Source: Blepharisma stoltei ATCC 30299 | Lineage: Eukaryota; Protista; Ciliophora | Reading direction: 5' to 3' | DNA length: 64,000 nucleotides | Assembly (NCBI GenBank): GCA_965603825.1 | Contig: CBFDEM010000008.1 | Coordinates: forward strand, 62,001 to 126,000 | In this document: positions 49,905 through 60,754 of the stretch, piece by piece | Layout: each line of letters begins with the position of its first letter | Position numbering within the stretch: position 1 is the stretch's first letter | Notes under the pieces: model-generated | Told to the model about the DNA's origin: nothing | Seen by the model: the letters and a program-made list of their open reading frames with translations, nothing else | The model's database searches: none | Translations under genes and position numbers: made by a program

Positions 49905-50351
49905 ATGGAGAGTGACTGGACTCAGATTAGAGAAAATATATCAGCTGCAATTGATGCCAAAGTTGCTCCCTTAAAAGAAGAGCTAGGAAAGAACCAAGAA
50001 CTCCTCGATCGTTTAGCAGGTATCATAAACAACATGTCACATGCCCCAGCCAAAGTTGGAGCTAAAACTTCCCCTAAGCCAGCTAATAAAGCCCACGCTG
50101 TTCATGAAGAAGCCAAGGTTACAAAAACCATCACAAAGACTGTAAAAACAAATGGAAAACCTAACGATAAGAGCAAAGAACACGTGGAAGCTGCATCTAA
50201 GCCTGCTGACAATGCTGGATCTGAAGAAAAGCCACATGAAGAAGAGCACGTCGAAGATGCCCATGAAGCTGAAGCTTCTGAAAGCAAACAAGAGCCTGCA
50301 GAGCCAGCTGAAGCTTCAGAAGAGTCTAAACCAGCTGAACCTGAAGCATAA
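49905..50351 (+). CDS. Hypothetical protein: short coiled coil plus Glu/Ala/Pro/Lys-rich disordered tail
   Basis: Clean ATG-TAA ORF with coding-like composition between AT-rich flanks. Confidence 0.75.
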   Translation: MESDWTQIRENISAAIDAKVAPLKEELGKNQELLDRLAGIINNMSHAPAKVGAKTSPKPANKAHAVHEEAKVTKTITKTVKTNGKPNDKSKEHVEAASKPADNAGSEEKPHEEEHVEDAHEAEASESKQEPAEPAEASEESKPAEPEA

Positions 50352-50787
50352 ACTTAATTAAACCAATAAAACTACTCATTTCTATGACACATTTTTTTAA
50401 GTTTCGAATGATTAGTTATATATTTTCCTAGCAAAAATTCAAAGTCTTAAGTCTTATAATCCAGATTTAGAGGAATTACCTATTTATTTAAATTTTTTTA
50501 TCAATTCTCTCTTACTGGTTGGCATAAATTTGATAAACTGATTAAAATATGTAAATACTCATTGATTTTTTATAATTATGCTTAATTGAAAAATCTTTTG
50601 CCATTTAAGTATATTAAAATATAAACTTCAAAAACCTTTATATCTAGAAAATAACTGAAGAGAGCATCAGAAACAAAATATTATTCTTGCATAAGCTATA
50701 TAAATTTTTCTTTCCATTATTATTTCTGACAGTCTTAAATATCATTATTAAAACTTTCAATAATTAGCAGTTATTGCTAACTTGTAA

Positions 50788-51303
50788 ATGGATCTCAACC
50801 AGTCTTTATACAGAACCTTCATGCCCAAGATTATTCATTACTCCAATGATGGATCTGGCCGAGACAACTATATCTCCACAATAAACGGCGGATTAAGAAA
50901 ACTCTCTGTCAAGCCTGATATATTAGAAAGAAAAGGAATCATCCTCCAACGAAAACACAATCGAAGAAGCTCGGCTAGTCCTCTTGCTACTAGTTTCCGC
51001 TATTATTCAGATGGATCAGGAAGAGATTTCTATATAACCCAAAACAGTGGAGGATTGCAGAATGGGTATATACCAGGAGGAAAAAAAGATATATTTAAAG
51101 CGTCATTAAGAATGAGCCCTGAAAGAAGTGGCTGCAGTGATGCTTTTAGCAGCACTATGCAGGGATGGCTTAGCATAAGATCAAGAAACATAGTAAAAAA
51201 TATTCGACAAACTGCTGATGGTGTGACTGAAAGATTGTATCCAAAAGGAAGCCAATCTAAGCCTGGCAGTCCAAGAGCTGAGAGGTGTAGACTTTCTATT
51301 TAA
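50788..51303 (+). CDS. Basic hypothetical protein with two Y..DGSGRD.YI..N.GG repeats
   Basis: HYSNDGSGRDNYISTINGGL and YYSDGSGRDFYITQNSGGL. Confidence 0.78.
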   Translation: MDLNQSLYRTFMPKIIHYSNDGSGRDNYISTINGGLRKLSVKPDILERKGIILQRKHNRRSSASPLATSFRYYSDGSGRDFYITQNSGGLQNGYIPGGKKDIFKASLRMSPERSGCSDAFSSTMQGWLSIRSRNIVKNIRQTADGVTERLYPKGSQSKPGSPRAERCRLSI

Positions 51304-51438
51304 TGCAGATAATATTAATTTGAAAAATTTTAAGGTGAAATAAATTATGAAGTTTACAAGGATTTATTAAAATGCAAAAATAATTTTTGATGCGAAATTT
51401 GATATTAAGTAAATAATAAACGATTTTTATAAAATTAA

Positions 51439-52047
51439 ATGAATCCTTATCTACTTCAAGTTTCTCCTCAAATGATTGAGTCTAATTCGCAAGAGTTTCT
51501 CGGTAAAAGCTTTCTGCCGACATTTCCTAAATTACCTTCACCTAAGCAAAAGTTAAAAAGACTAGCAAAAAATAAATCAGCTAAAAGCTCATTTTTCAAT
51601 AGATTGTTGGTCGTCAATAGTCATAGCTTAGAAAAAATTCCGAACGACGATAACAAAGAAAAATATAAGCAGGACAGAAAATGCAGAAAAGCACATAGTT
51701 GAATGAAAGAAACTGAAAATTCTTATGAAAACGAATATTCCAGCTTTGATTCCATTCACAAAAAAGATGATGATATGATGAGTACCAAAAGTAAAAAATC
51801 TACGCACGATTCTAAGCATACACATAAAATAAGCTCTTCTTTCGAATACAAAAAGCGACTAAAATCAATAAATTCTAGTGGTCAATGATTAGAGAGCATT
51901 TCCTGCAGAAAATCGTTAATTCCTATAAAAGATTCAGGAGGCGGTTCTAGGCTTTCGTTGATGCCAGTGCTGTCAGAATCTAAACACTTACGGTCAAGGT
52001 TTATTAAATCATATTCAAGAAGTAGATTTATGAGCTTCAAATTGTAA
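51439..52047 (+). CDS. Lys/Ser-rich hypothetical protein
   Basis: Two track ORFs join through TGA 51700 and TGA 51886; the frame ends at TAA 52047. Confidence 0.65.
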
Positions 52048-52223
52048 TAACGACGACTAATTTATTCGCAAGCCGCAATAGAAATTTAAATTTTATTTAA
52101 TTTAAATCCATAAAATTTTTATTTTAATATAAGTTTTCTTCTTTTTGAAAGCAATTAAAGACAGTTTATTTACAATGATTAGCTTTATTTAATATATTTA
52201 TATATCTACATGTGATATATATT

Positions 52224-53642
52224 TTAAACAGATCCTTTTCTATCGTCTCTTAAGTCAGCTAGCTCGGCATGACTATGATCTTTAAATATTCCTCGTTTTA
52301 CATCTGGGATAATATAAGTAGGCAATGACCCTCTTCTTCGGTGAAGCTCCACGAAGCATTTTTGTTCTTCAGAGTCTGCTAATAGAATTCTATGTCTTCT
52401 TTTCTCATTTCTTTGAAAAATCAGCCTGGAAATTGCTGAAACGTTAGTGTCATTTGGTTTTTCTTTGTTAAATAATAAAAACCATTCATGACCTAAAGCT
52501 TCACTTGAACTTAATCTGTCCTCTGGCTCCTTTTCAGTGAGTCTGCGGACAAATTCAATTGCGTGGGAGGAGACGTTTTTCCAATGGTCTTTTTGGAACA
52601 CTATCATGCATCGGCGATTTCTTATGAAAATATCTTGGGCTGTTCGGCCTGCAAAAGCTGGCCTCCCTGATAGAACAGCATAGAGGATTACTCCAGCACT
52701 GAAAACGTCGACTTTATTTCCATAAGGAACGCCTTTAAGTACTTCAGGTGCTACATATCCGGGAGATCCGCAGCTGTGAACAATGCCGTCTTTAGCAAAG
52801 CATGATAGTCCAAAGTCAATTAGCTTGAAATCACTTGGGCTATTATTTGACGACAACAAGATGTTTTCAAGCTTTATGTCTCTATGTAAAACCTTTTTAA
52901 GCTCTAAATAATTCAGCACACTAAGAAACTTCTCAATGAATTTAGCTGAATATTCTTCATCAAATGGCCCAGTTCTGATTAATCTTGCAAAAAGAGTTTC
53001 TCCTTCCACATAGTCCAAAACTAGTTCCACCTTGGAATCAGACTCGTAAACTCTATGAAGTTTGACGATGTTTGGATGGTTTAGAGCTCTCATGACCTTG
53101 ATTTCATTTTTTATAGCAGCAATCTCATCTTTAGTCTTTAACTTGGATTTACTAATAGATTTCACCGCATAAGTTTGATTATCACTAAGGTCAGTCGCTA
53201 AAAATACTGACGAAAATGTCCCTTGGCCAATCTGGCATTTGATCTCAAAATCTGAATTTATGTCTGTAAAAATGGAAACTGCTGATAAATGCTCAATCCA
53301 AACATCAAGGTCTTCTGGAGTGCTAGTAAAAAAATCTTTAAATATTCCAGCTTGTCGAACTCTAAATCCATATCTGGATAATTTATCTTGACTTTCTACA
53401 AAGGGCTCAATAGTTTTCCACTTCAGCTTAGACATTTTTTTTCTTTTGCCACTTTCACTTGCACAAACCAGATATGAACTGGAAAGGAGGAAAAAATAAG
53501 CCTCCTTAATTTCCCCATTGGATTTAAAATATGAGAGCTGGCCCCCATGGATCAGTTTGCCGTAATCGTGAACGAAGGGGAAATCAACTTTAATCCAGAA
53601 GGATTCTTCTGATTTTTCAGCGATATTATAAAAGGTCGACAT
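52224..53642 (-). CDS. PH-like domain plus CAMK-group Ser/Thr kinase
   Basis: IGQGTFSSV, YAVK, HRDIKLEN, IDFG, CGSPGYVAPE and DVFSAG. The N-terminal PH-like region ends DVWIEHL. Confidence 0.93.
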   Translation of the reverse strand: MSTFYNIAEKSEESFWIKVDFPFVHDYGKLIHGGQLSYFKSNGEIKEAYFFLLSSSYLVCASESGKRKKMSKLKWKTIEPFVESQDKLSRYGFRVRQAGIFKDFFTSTPEDLDVWIEHLSAVSIFTDINSDFEIKCQIGQGTFSSVFLATDLSDNQTYAVKSISKSKLKTKDEIAAIKNEIKVMRALNHPNIVKLHRVYESDSKVELVLDYVEGETLFARLIRTGPFDEEYSAKFIEKFLSVLNYLELKKVLHRDIKLENILLSSNNSPSDFKLIDFGLSCFAKDGIVHSCGSPGYVAPEVLKGVPYGNKVDVFSAGVILYAVLSGRPAFAGRTAQDIFIRNRRCMIVFQKDHWKNVSSHAIEFVRRLTEKEPEDRLSSSEALGHEWFLLFNKEKPNDTNVSAISRLIFQRNEKRRHRILLADSEEQKCFVELHRRRGSLPTYIIPDVKRGIFKDHSHAELADLRDDRKGSV

Positions 53643-54450
53643 AATTTTTTTATTATGAGATCGGTATTAACAGCAAAAAATGGTAGATTTTCTTTAAAGA
53701 GGAATGGAATTTGAATTCTGAGGGTTTATAAAGGAGTTTTTGGAATTAATTCTAATAAATAAAAATAGATTTTATTGCAATTTTTAATAATTATATTAAA
53801 TTGAGAATAAAAATCGGTAAATTGGCTAGTAAACAAATGATTTTTATCGAGTAGTGCTAGATAATGAAGTATATTAATTAAATATAAACTAGTTATATCA
53901 GCATTCCAAAAATTGATTTTTTTTTGTTGGTCGTACAAAATTTGAATAAACAGTTTATAATTATAAGCTTTATTATTAGAGTTTATTTTTTGGATAAATG
54001 CAATAATCCCATTAGTTTTACTTGTCATCATTTCCCTTTTTAAATATTTTTTATTTTCCTGATCTTGACAGAAATCAACCTTGTGGATTAAAATTTTATT
54101 AGAAATATATATTTATTTTAAATATGGGTAACCAATTATAAGTAGACCATATTTAGCAGAGGCTTTTATTTAATAAGCCTATTCTCGATTAATTTTGAAT
54201 AAGAATCTCTTTATAGTTATTAAAATTAATATAATGCATATTTATGATAGTTTTAATTATAAATTTAACTTGTAAACCAATTTTAATAATTAAGCATTAA
54301 TTCATTTTGGTTCTGTCTCAGTTGTCATGCATATTTAAGTGATGAATTTTTGAGTTTTATTTGTTTCAAATATTTTTATAAAATTTTCCAGACTTTTCTA
54401 TTTAATATTTTATAAAATTTAAGTAAAAATAAAAAATATTTGTTAATCCA

Positions 54451-55448
54451 TTAACTAGTTTTCACTCTTACCAACACTTTTGCATTCGTTTTCCTATCTT
54501 TATATGCACTTAAAGCATCTTTTAATCTATCAATTCCTATCGTCTCCTTATAATCTATCTTAAATATCTGCTCATATAGCTCTTGAACCTTATTCCACAC
54601 CTTATATTTCTTTAATGTCGACGCATTTTTCAGCCACGTATAAAGGCTCAACCCTCTTATCTTTTTCTTCGTGTCTAAAATTAAAGGACTAATCGAGCAA
54701 AAACGTTCAGAAAGAAACCCATACACATACAATTTCCCTGGCTCTTGCAAAATTTCATATATTTCCCCTGTCATTTCTCCAGCTATAGCATCAAATGCAA
54801 CTGTTGCCTTCAATTCCCTAGACAATTGTCTCACCCTATCTTTCCACCCAGCTTCAGTTGTACTGACACGTTTTCTGCACCTATTGATCTTAGAATTTCT
54901 ATTTGGTCGTCTCTTCTGACAATATTAATAGTTTCAATTCCATAATAGTTACAATACTTAATAACTGCTTTACCAATACTGCTTGCTGCTGCATTTTGTA
55001 TAACTGCTCTATGGTTTCCTCTTCGGATTTTACTCATAATGTATTCTACTGTCAAAGCAGTAAACGCACTTGCGGCGTCTTCAAAAGATAGGTCGTCCCT
55101 AATTGGAAGCACAAAATTCGCATCAGTTAAAGCTAGTTCAGAAAATGACCCAATGGCATCATGGCCAAAAGACATAAATGCGACTCTTTTATTTAGCAGA
55201 GAATTAGCTAAAACACTTCCGCCGCTTTTAATTACGGTTCCACTGCCTTGTAAGCCAATTGTGTTGCTTTGGAAATTATAACCAAATGTCCCTTTATATA
55301 AAAGCTCGTCACCTGGGCTTATACTTGCGAATTCAGTCCTTATTACGACAAAGTTCTCAGGGATTCTGCTGATTTCTATATCTTTTACGCCTAGGGTGTT
55401 GATATTACCAACCTGATCAATAATAGCTGCTCGTGTCCTTTCTGACAT
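54451..55448 (-). pseudogene. MDR-family (quinone oxidoreductase-like) dehydrogenase with a 1-nt frameshift near 54865
   Basis: GLQGSGTV, QNAAASSIG, INIVRR and AFDAIAG. The frame shifts at AAC GTG TC AGT ACA ACT. No 15/16-nt GT-AG intron restores it. Confidence 0.7.
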
Positions 55449-55909
55449 ATATTATAATATAGAAAATCATAATTAGAAATGGTTGATCTGATAAGGGCTA
55501 TTTTATAGCCATTTATATGTAGGCCTATATGATTAATTATATTAAATTTTCAGCCATTTTGAATTTTTAGAATCAGGAAAATATTATTTTTAAATTTTTG
55601 AATTATTTCTATTGATTTTTTCGGTATTCTTTTATTAGTAATTTTGGTCTTCTTTTGGAATCTTCTTAATATAAAGCCTAAATTGCTATAAATATTTTCT
55701 GCAAACTTTTTATATGTTCTATTTTTGATAGATCCTTAATGCATATTCCTTTTATTTTAAGCCCTTTTTTGTATTTTTATCTTAAGATCTCTAAAGCCAC
55801 TTTTCATAAAGATTTTCACTAGTAATTAATTTAATTGAATTTTTATGAGAAGGATTTATTTAATATAGTTTTTTAAATAGAAAAAATTAAAAAATCAGGA
55901 ATTTTATTA

Positions 55910-57073
55910 TTAAAGACTATTTGCAATACTTGCTGTTAGTGACACAAGATCTTTAGGATCTTCAAATAGCTTTGCGGTTTCGATTGCAGCCTCAATATGA
56001 TGAATAGCTAACTTTTTCGCCCATCCAACCCCATTTGCATCAGCTACCAGCTCTTTGACTAAATTTTCTTGTTTATTCTCTATAAGTTCAGATATATTGG
56101 TATGTGCGCCAGCTGCAAATAGCACAGGGAACGAATTATACCTAATTTTTCCATTTAAATAGTCCTTAATGTCCCCAACCACTCCAAGGGCCATCCCTAG
56201 ATGTTTTCCATAATCATAGCTTCTTTTCATATCACTATTCCCTAAATACGCAATTCCTTGGCACCCATTAGCCATAATACTGGCTGTCTTATAAAAGCAC
56301 AGTGCACAATAATTAATCAGAGCTTGGGAAACGGTTTCTCCTTTTAACGATAATATAGACCCTTTTGAAATATTCTGAATAATCAAGCAGAGAAGCTGGA
56401 TTAAAGGCAAACTATTGATTCTGCAGCATTGGATTGAGCTGAATAAAAATTACGCATTAGAAATCATGTAGTCGCCACCTAAAATCATGCCGTTGTCACC
56501 TAAAAACATGTGAAGCCAGCTGGCTTCAGTTGATGTGTCCATTATTTTGCTGTGGATTGAGCTGCCGAAATGTGCCAGTTCAATAGCTTGGGTAAATATA
56601 ATTTGCTTTGTGGAGATTTCTCCGAGAGCTTGGGCCATAAGTAGCATGGCGGAAGCGTGGATGTGTTTAGTTCCATATGCGTCAAAAAATTTGGTGACAA
56701 TATCGGTAGCTTTGATGTCAATTTTTAGCTGATTATTTTTTACCATTTTGCTGATACTTGCATCAATGCTTGATAAATGAGACTTTATTGCATCCCTAAA
56801 TGTAGGATTTGCCATTTCTTGTAATGCTGATATTTTATCTTTGCAGTATTTATCAAGTTGAGAGTCATTGATAGGATTTTTTCTCAAACATTTATCAGAA
56901 AAAATAAAAATCCCTGCATCTGGATAGTGGCCATTGGCAAAGTGATGGAATATTTGGCGTTCAGCGTATGCTGATGCTAGTCCTAACAGTTTTTCAGGAG
57001 TTCTCTGCATGCACGCAGTTGTAAAACTAGCCCCTGCTTATAGCTTACAGCATATCGTCTTCCACCTGAGCAT
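55910..57073 (-). CDS. Trans-prenyl (decaprenyl) diphosphate synthase-like subunit with degenerate DDxxD motifs (PDSS2/Dlp1-like); two 15-nt introns
   Basis: IELAHFGSSIH, ILGGDYM, YKTASI and YGKHLGMA. Introns at 57034-57048 and 56439-56453. Basic N-terminus MLRWK. Confidence 0.82.
56439..56453 (-). other. 15-nt spliceosomal intron
   Basis: GTAATTTTTATTCAG; removal joins two track ORFs in frame. Confidence 0.88.
57034..57048 (-). other. 15-nt spliceosomal intron
   Basis: GTAAGCTATAAGCAG; removal connects ATG 57073 to the main frame. Confidence 0.75.
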
Positions 57074-57213
57074 TTTTTCTATTTATTAGCGATTATTTCA
57101 AAAATTTCAAAAAAATCAATCTACTTTGTATATAAAAAATACAAAAATTGTATAAAACCTGTGAGAAACCTCTTTTTCGTTTCCATTTAAATTTATTACG
57201 TCATTCAGCTTAA

Positions 57214-57951
57214 CTAGTCTTTAGCAGCTATTGCATTTAACCTTTCTTCTATTTCTTGTTGGCTTAATAAGCGCAGTGCATGATGGTCAGTCGTTACAAT
57301 CCCTACCTCAATATCATTAGACTTATACTCCTGGGCCATCACGCTCTGCAAACACTCAATTGCCATCTCGACCGCTTGCTCTCTATTAAGTTCTCCATTA
57401 GTCTTTTTCCATTGTTTTTCTAAATAATTGGTAGCTTCTTGCTCTTTAACGCCTGCTGCGCAGGCTTTGAAACCTTGGAACATCCCAGCAGGGTCAATTT
57501 TGTAAAGCTGAGGACCCAATTCGTCGTCAATTCCGGCAAGCATCGTGATAACTCCATATGGTCTCATAAAGGCTTGCTGGGTGTAAACCTGGGCAAGGTC
57601 TCCTGTTCTGTTCGCTAAAATATTGACAGGGCAGGGGATGCCGTTCTTAAATCTGTAGTCGCTGGCTTCATTGCGCATTCTTGTTACTAGAGCGCGGGCG
57701 TCAGGTAGTAAACCAGTCATACAGGCTCCAATGTTCTCAGCAACTGTAAATAAATGAGTTACGCTTTCAGGGACAATCATTCGGTCAGGGACTTTCTTTT
57801 CTATGCAAAGAACAACAGAGTCAGTTCCACGGACTGCAATACTTGTAAGACCTGCAGATTTGGCAGCTTTAAAAGCATATTCCACTTGATAGAGTCTTCC
57901 ATCTGGGGAGAAAATTGTAATGTGTTTATCAAAGCCTGCTCCTCTACTCAT
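57214..57951 (-). CDS. PSMA6: 20S proteasome subunit alpha1 (alpha type-6)
   Basis: MSRGAGFDKHITIFSPDGRLYQVEYAFKA, QVYTQQAFMRPYG and GVKEQEATNYLEK. Confidence 0.95.
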   Translation of the reverse strand: MSRGAGFDKHITIFSPDGRLYQVEYAFKAAKSAGLTSIAVRGTDSVVLCIEKKVPDRMIVPESVTHLFTVAENIGACMTGLLPDARALVTRMRNEASDYRFKNGIPCPVNILANRTGDLAQVYTQQAFMRPYGVITMLAGIDDELGPQLYKIDPAGMFQGFKACAAGVKEQEATNYLEKQWKKTNGELNREQAVEMAIECLQSVMAQEYKSNDIEVGIVTTDHHALRLLSQQEIEERLNAIAAKD

Positions 57952-58285
57952 AATATGGTAATCAGAATGGCGAACTGTTAGATGTTGATAAATGAGCAAT
58001 TTTTTAGATTTTTGGAAAATAAATTAGTAATGAAATTATTATTTATAAGCAGCTAGAGGTGATATTTGAGATAAAAAAGTCATTTTAGATTTCATCTTGA
58101 TGATGCAATTTATAACTTTTATAGCCAAAAATTCTATAAAAAGTAGGAAATTCAAAGTATAATAATTTCAACCACCTCCAGTCCTTCGGAATTTCTTATT
58201 CTCCCCGCCCCAATCCCAAATCCATATTTCTAGAAGCTTCTAATCCTTATTTAATTCTTTATTTTATACACACTAATAATAATAA

Positions 58286-58996
58286 ATGCCAAGCAAACGT
58301 GACTATTATGACGTTCTAGGTGTCCCTAAAGACGCAAATGACGACCAAATAAAGAAAGCCTATCGTAAACTCGCCTTAAAATGGCATCCAGACAAAAACC
58401 CCAACGATCGTGAAGGTGCTGAACAAAAATTCAAAGAAATCGGAGAAGCCTACGCAGTCTTATCAGACTCAAATAAACGTACAATTTATGACCGCTACGG
58501 TCACGAAGGTCTAGAACATGGCGGAGGCTCTTCTTCAAATGGATTTTCTGACGCAGATTTCCATTTCGATTTTACAGACGCTGAAGATATTTTCCGACAA
58601 TTTTTCGGAGGACGAGACCCATTTGCTGGGTTTATGGAAGACGACGATTTTGGGTTTTTCGGAGGAAGCTTGTTTGGAAATAGGCAAAGAAATGCCAATA
58701 GAAATGGCAGGAGAAATGATCCATTTGGAGACTTCTTTGGAGGAGATTTCTTTGGAGGGGATTTTATGAGTGGCATGGGAGGAAGCAGCCATGTAACTTT
58801 TTCATCGAGCTCTAGTAGTGGAGGAAGAGGAGGGGTCAGCAAAAGTGTAAAAACAACGATTGTTAATGAAAATGGAAGGCAGGTAAAGAAAACTGTGACC
58901 ACTATAACACATCCTGATGGGAGGAAAGAAAGAAGAGAAGAAACTGAAGAAGGAGGGGAAACAAGAAATAGACAGCCTCGACATCTGAGGAATTAA
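58286..58996 (+). CDS. Class B DnaJ co-chaperone (DNAJB6-like)
   Basis: J domain with [19 protein letters not shown], a G/F-rich region and an S/T-rich SKSVKTT C-terminus. Confidence 0.93.
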   Translation: MPSKRDYYDVLGVPKDANDDQIKKAYRKLALKWHPDKNPNDREGAEQKFKEIGEAYAVLSDSNKRTIYDRYGHEGLEHGGGSSSNGFSDADFHFDFTDAEDIFRQFFGGRDPFAGFMEDDDFGFFGGSLFGNRQRNANRNGRRNDPFGDFFGGDFFGGDFMSGMGGSSHVTFSSSSSSGGRGGVSKSVKTTIVNENGRQVKKTVTTITHPDGRKERREETEEGGETRNRQPRHLRN

Positions 58997-59466
58997 AGTG
59001 ATATATTTAATACAAATTTGGTAAATTTGACTGAAAAATAAGTTGAAAATGGATTTGGGGCTATTTAAGGGTTCTGAAGAGCAAGGGCTGTCTGTAAAAG
59101 GTAGAAATGCTGCTTCTTTTAAGTTATAAAGGCTTTGCTTACTCATTGATTTTAAAAAAAAAAGTTCTGTAAAGTATTGGCTGGAGCTCATAAGTAGTCA
59201 AAGTAAATAATTTGTATAAAATAATAGCCAGACTAGACTTCTTTTTAATTTATTTTTTATAATAAAATAATTATGATACCTGCTAAATTATGATCATTTA
59301 ACTTTGATTTTAGAACATTCCTTTAAATCTGCTTATAACAAAAAATATTTTCTTTCATATTTCCTCATAAATTAGCCATAAAATTTTTAATTTTAAAAAT
59401 TGAGATATTTTTAATATTGCCTTTAGGCATTTTTAATAGTATAATTTAAAAGGACTATTCTAGAAT

Positions 59467-60231
59467 ATGAGCTCTGAATTGGAATTTAGTGAAAATTCAC
59501 AAAACAATGCAATTATCCAGGTTTTTTATCCAACATGCTCAGCTATATCTACGAATTATAATGGGCTAGAAATAAGGCCTAAAGATACCAAAAAATTTCT
59601 CAAAAAAGTAATGACTTTACTATATATTCAGCTGAGTATCACAATACTCTTATCAGCCATCATTCTATCAGTAAAAGATATACAAAAATGAATACAATCA
59701 AATAATTCGTTTCAATTAGTTAGCCTAGGTCTGTCAATTATAAGTATAGCGGCTTTACGTTATCGTAAAACCTTTGCAAAAAAAGTCCCTATAAATTACA
59801 CATTGTGTGCAATCTTTAATATTGGGGTTAGCGTTATTATCGGAAACTTTGTGGGCATTCACTTCAAAAATTTAATAATATTTTTAGCAGTCTCTGCATT
59901 TACCATAGCTATACAATGGAATTTAGCTATGGTCGCTTTATTTATACAGAAAGATTTAACAAAGTGGTATGGAGCAATATTTGAATTCCTTATCGCAGGA
60001 ATTTTAGCTGGTATATTTTTGCTTCCTTATTTAACAAATTTTGTAAAAATAGGATTTTGCGTATTATTTTTCTCGATTTATGTTATTGCGATTATTATTG
60101 ATTTTCAAGCAATAAATGGAAATGGAGTATTCGAACTAACCAATGACGATTATATAACTGGGGCGATTTTTTTATTCGTAGAAGTGGTAGGATTTTTAGT
60201 ATATGTTATTATTGTAATTTTTATCTTTTAA
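59467..60231 (+). CDS. Bax inhibitor-1/Lifeguard (TMBIM) family membrane protein, divergent
   Basis: FLKKV.TLL.IQLSIT, KKVPINY, IIDFQ.I and DDYITGAIFLFVE. TGA 59689 read through. Confidence 0.8.
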
Positions 60232-60754
60232 CTCTGGCTTTTCAAAATTAAATAAAGGGTAGTATAAAAGAGTAGGAATTATGAAGGAAAAATCAAACTG
60301 ATAAGTGTAAAATTAAAATATAAAGTCTAAATAGCTATATAAATTTAAATATGATAATAATAGTAATGTCTCAAAAAAATTGAATGGAAATATAGAAGTA
60401 ATATTTTGCTATAGCTTGAAAATATTAAAAGGGAAAATAATAAATATTTAAAGTTCACGTATTTTATCAATGGAAATTTTTGGTGATTTTAAAGGAAATA
60501 TAAGATTTTCTTAATTCATTGTCCTTAAGATAATAACTTATTATGAATCCCTATAGTATAAAAATTCATCTCTGAAATCCAAAACTCTATGAATAATTAA
60601 TCAATTGAACATTAATAAAATATTTAGATAAGTAGTTACTTACCCGTACTTCCTCCAACATCAGCAGCTTATCTCTGCTTTCAATCTTTATAGATATGAC
60701 AAATTTTTACATTTAAATTATAGAGCACGTTTAAAAAGTAAAATGCTATTATAA

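Noticed and set aside
53726-54031. 101-aa AT-rich ORF
   Set aside because: Its I/N/K/F/Y-rich composition is typical of AT-rich intergenic DNA, and it has no motifs.
610-57073. TAA/TAG reassignment (e.g. to Gln) to explain in-frame TAA/TAG
   Set aside because: Each such stop in an intact gene lies in or at the edge of a 15-nt GT-AG intron, and genes terminate at TAA/TAG.
58802-59191. 129-aa minus-strand ORF overlapping the DnaJ 3' end
   Set aside because: No recognisable domain and half of it is antisense to DnaJ. A small gene in 59000-59191 cannot be excluded.
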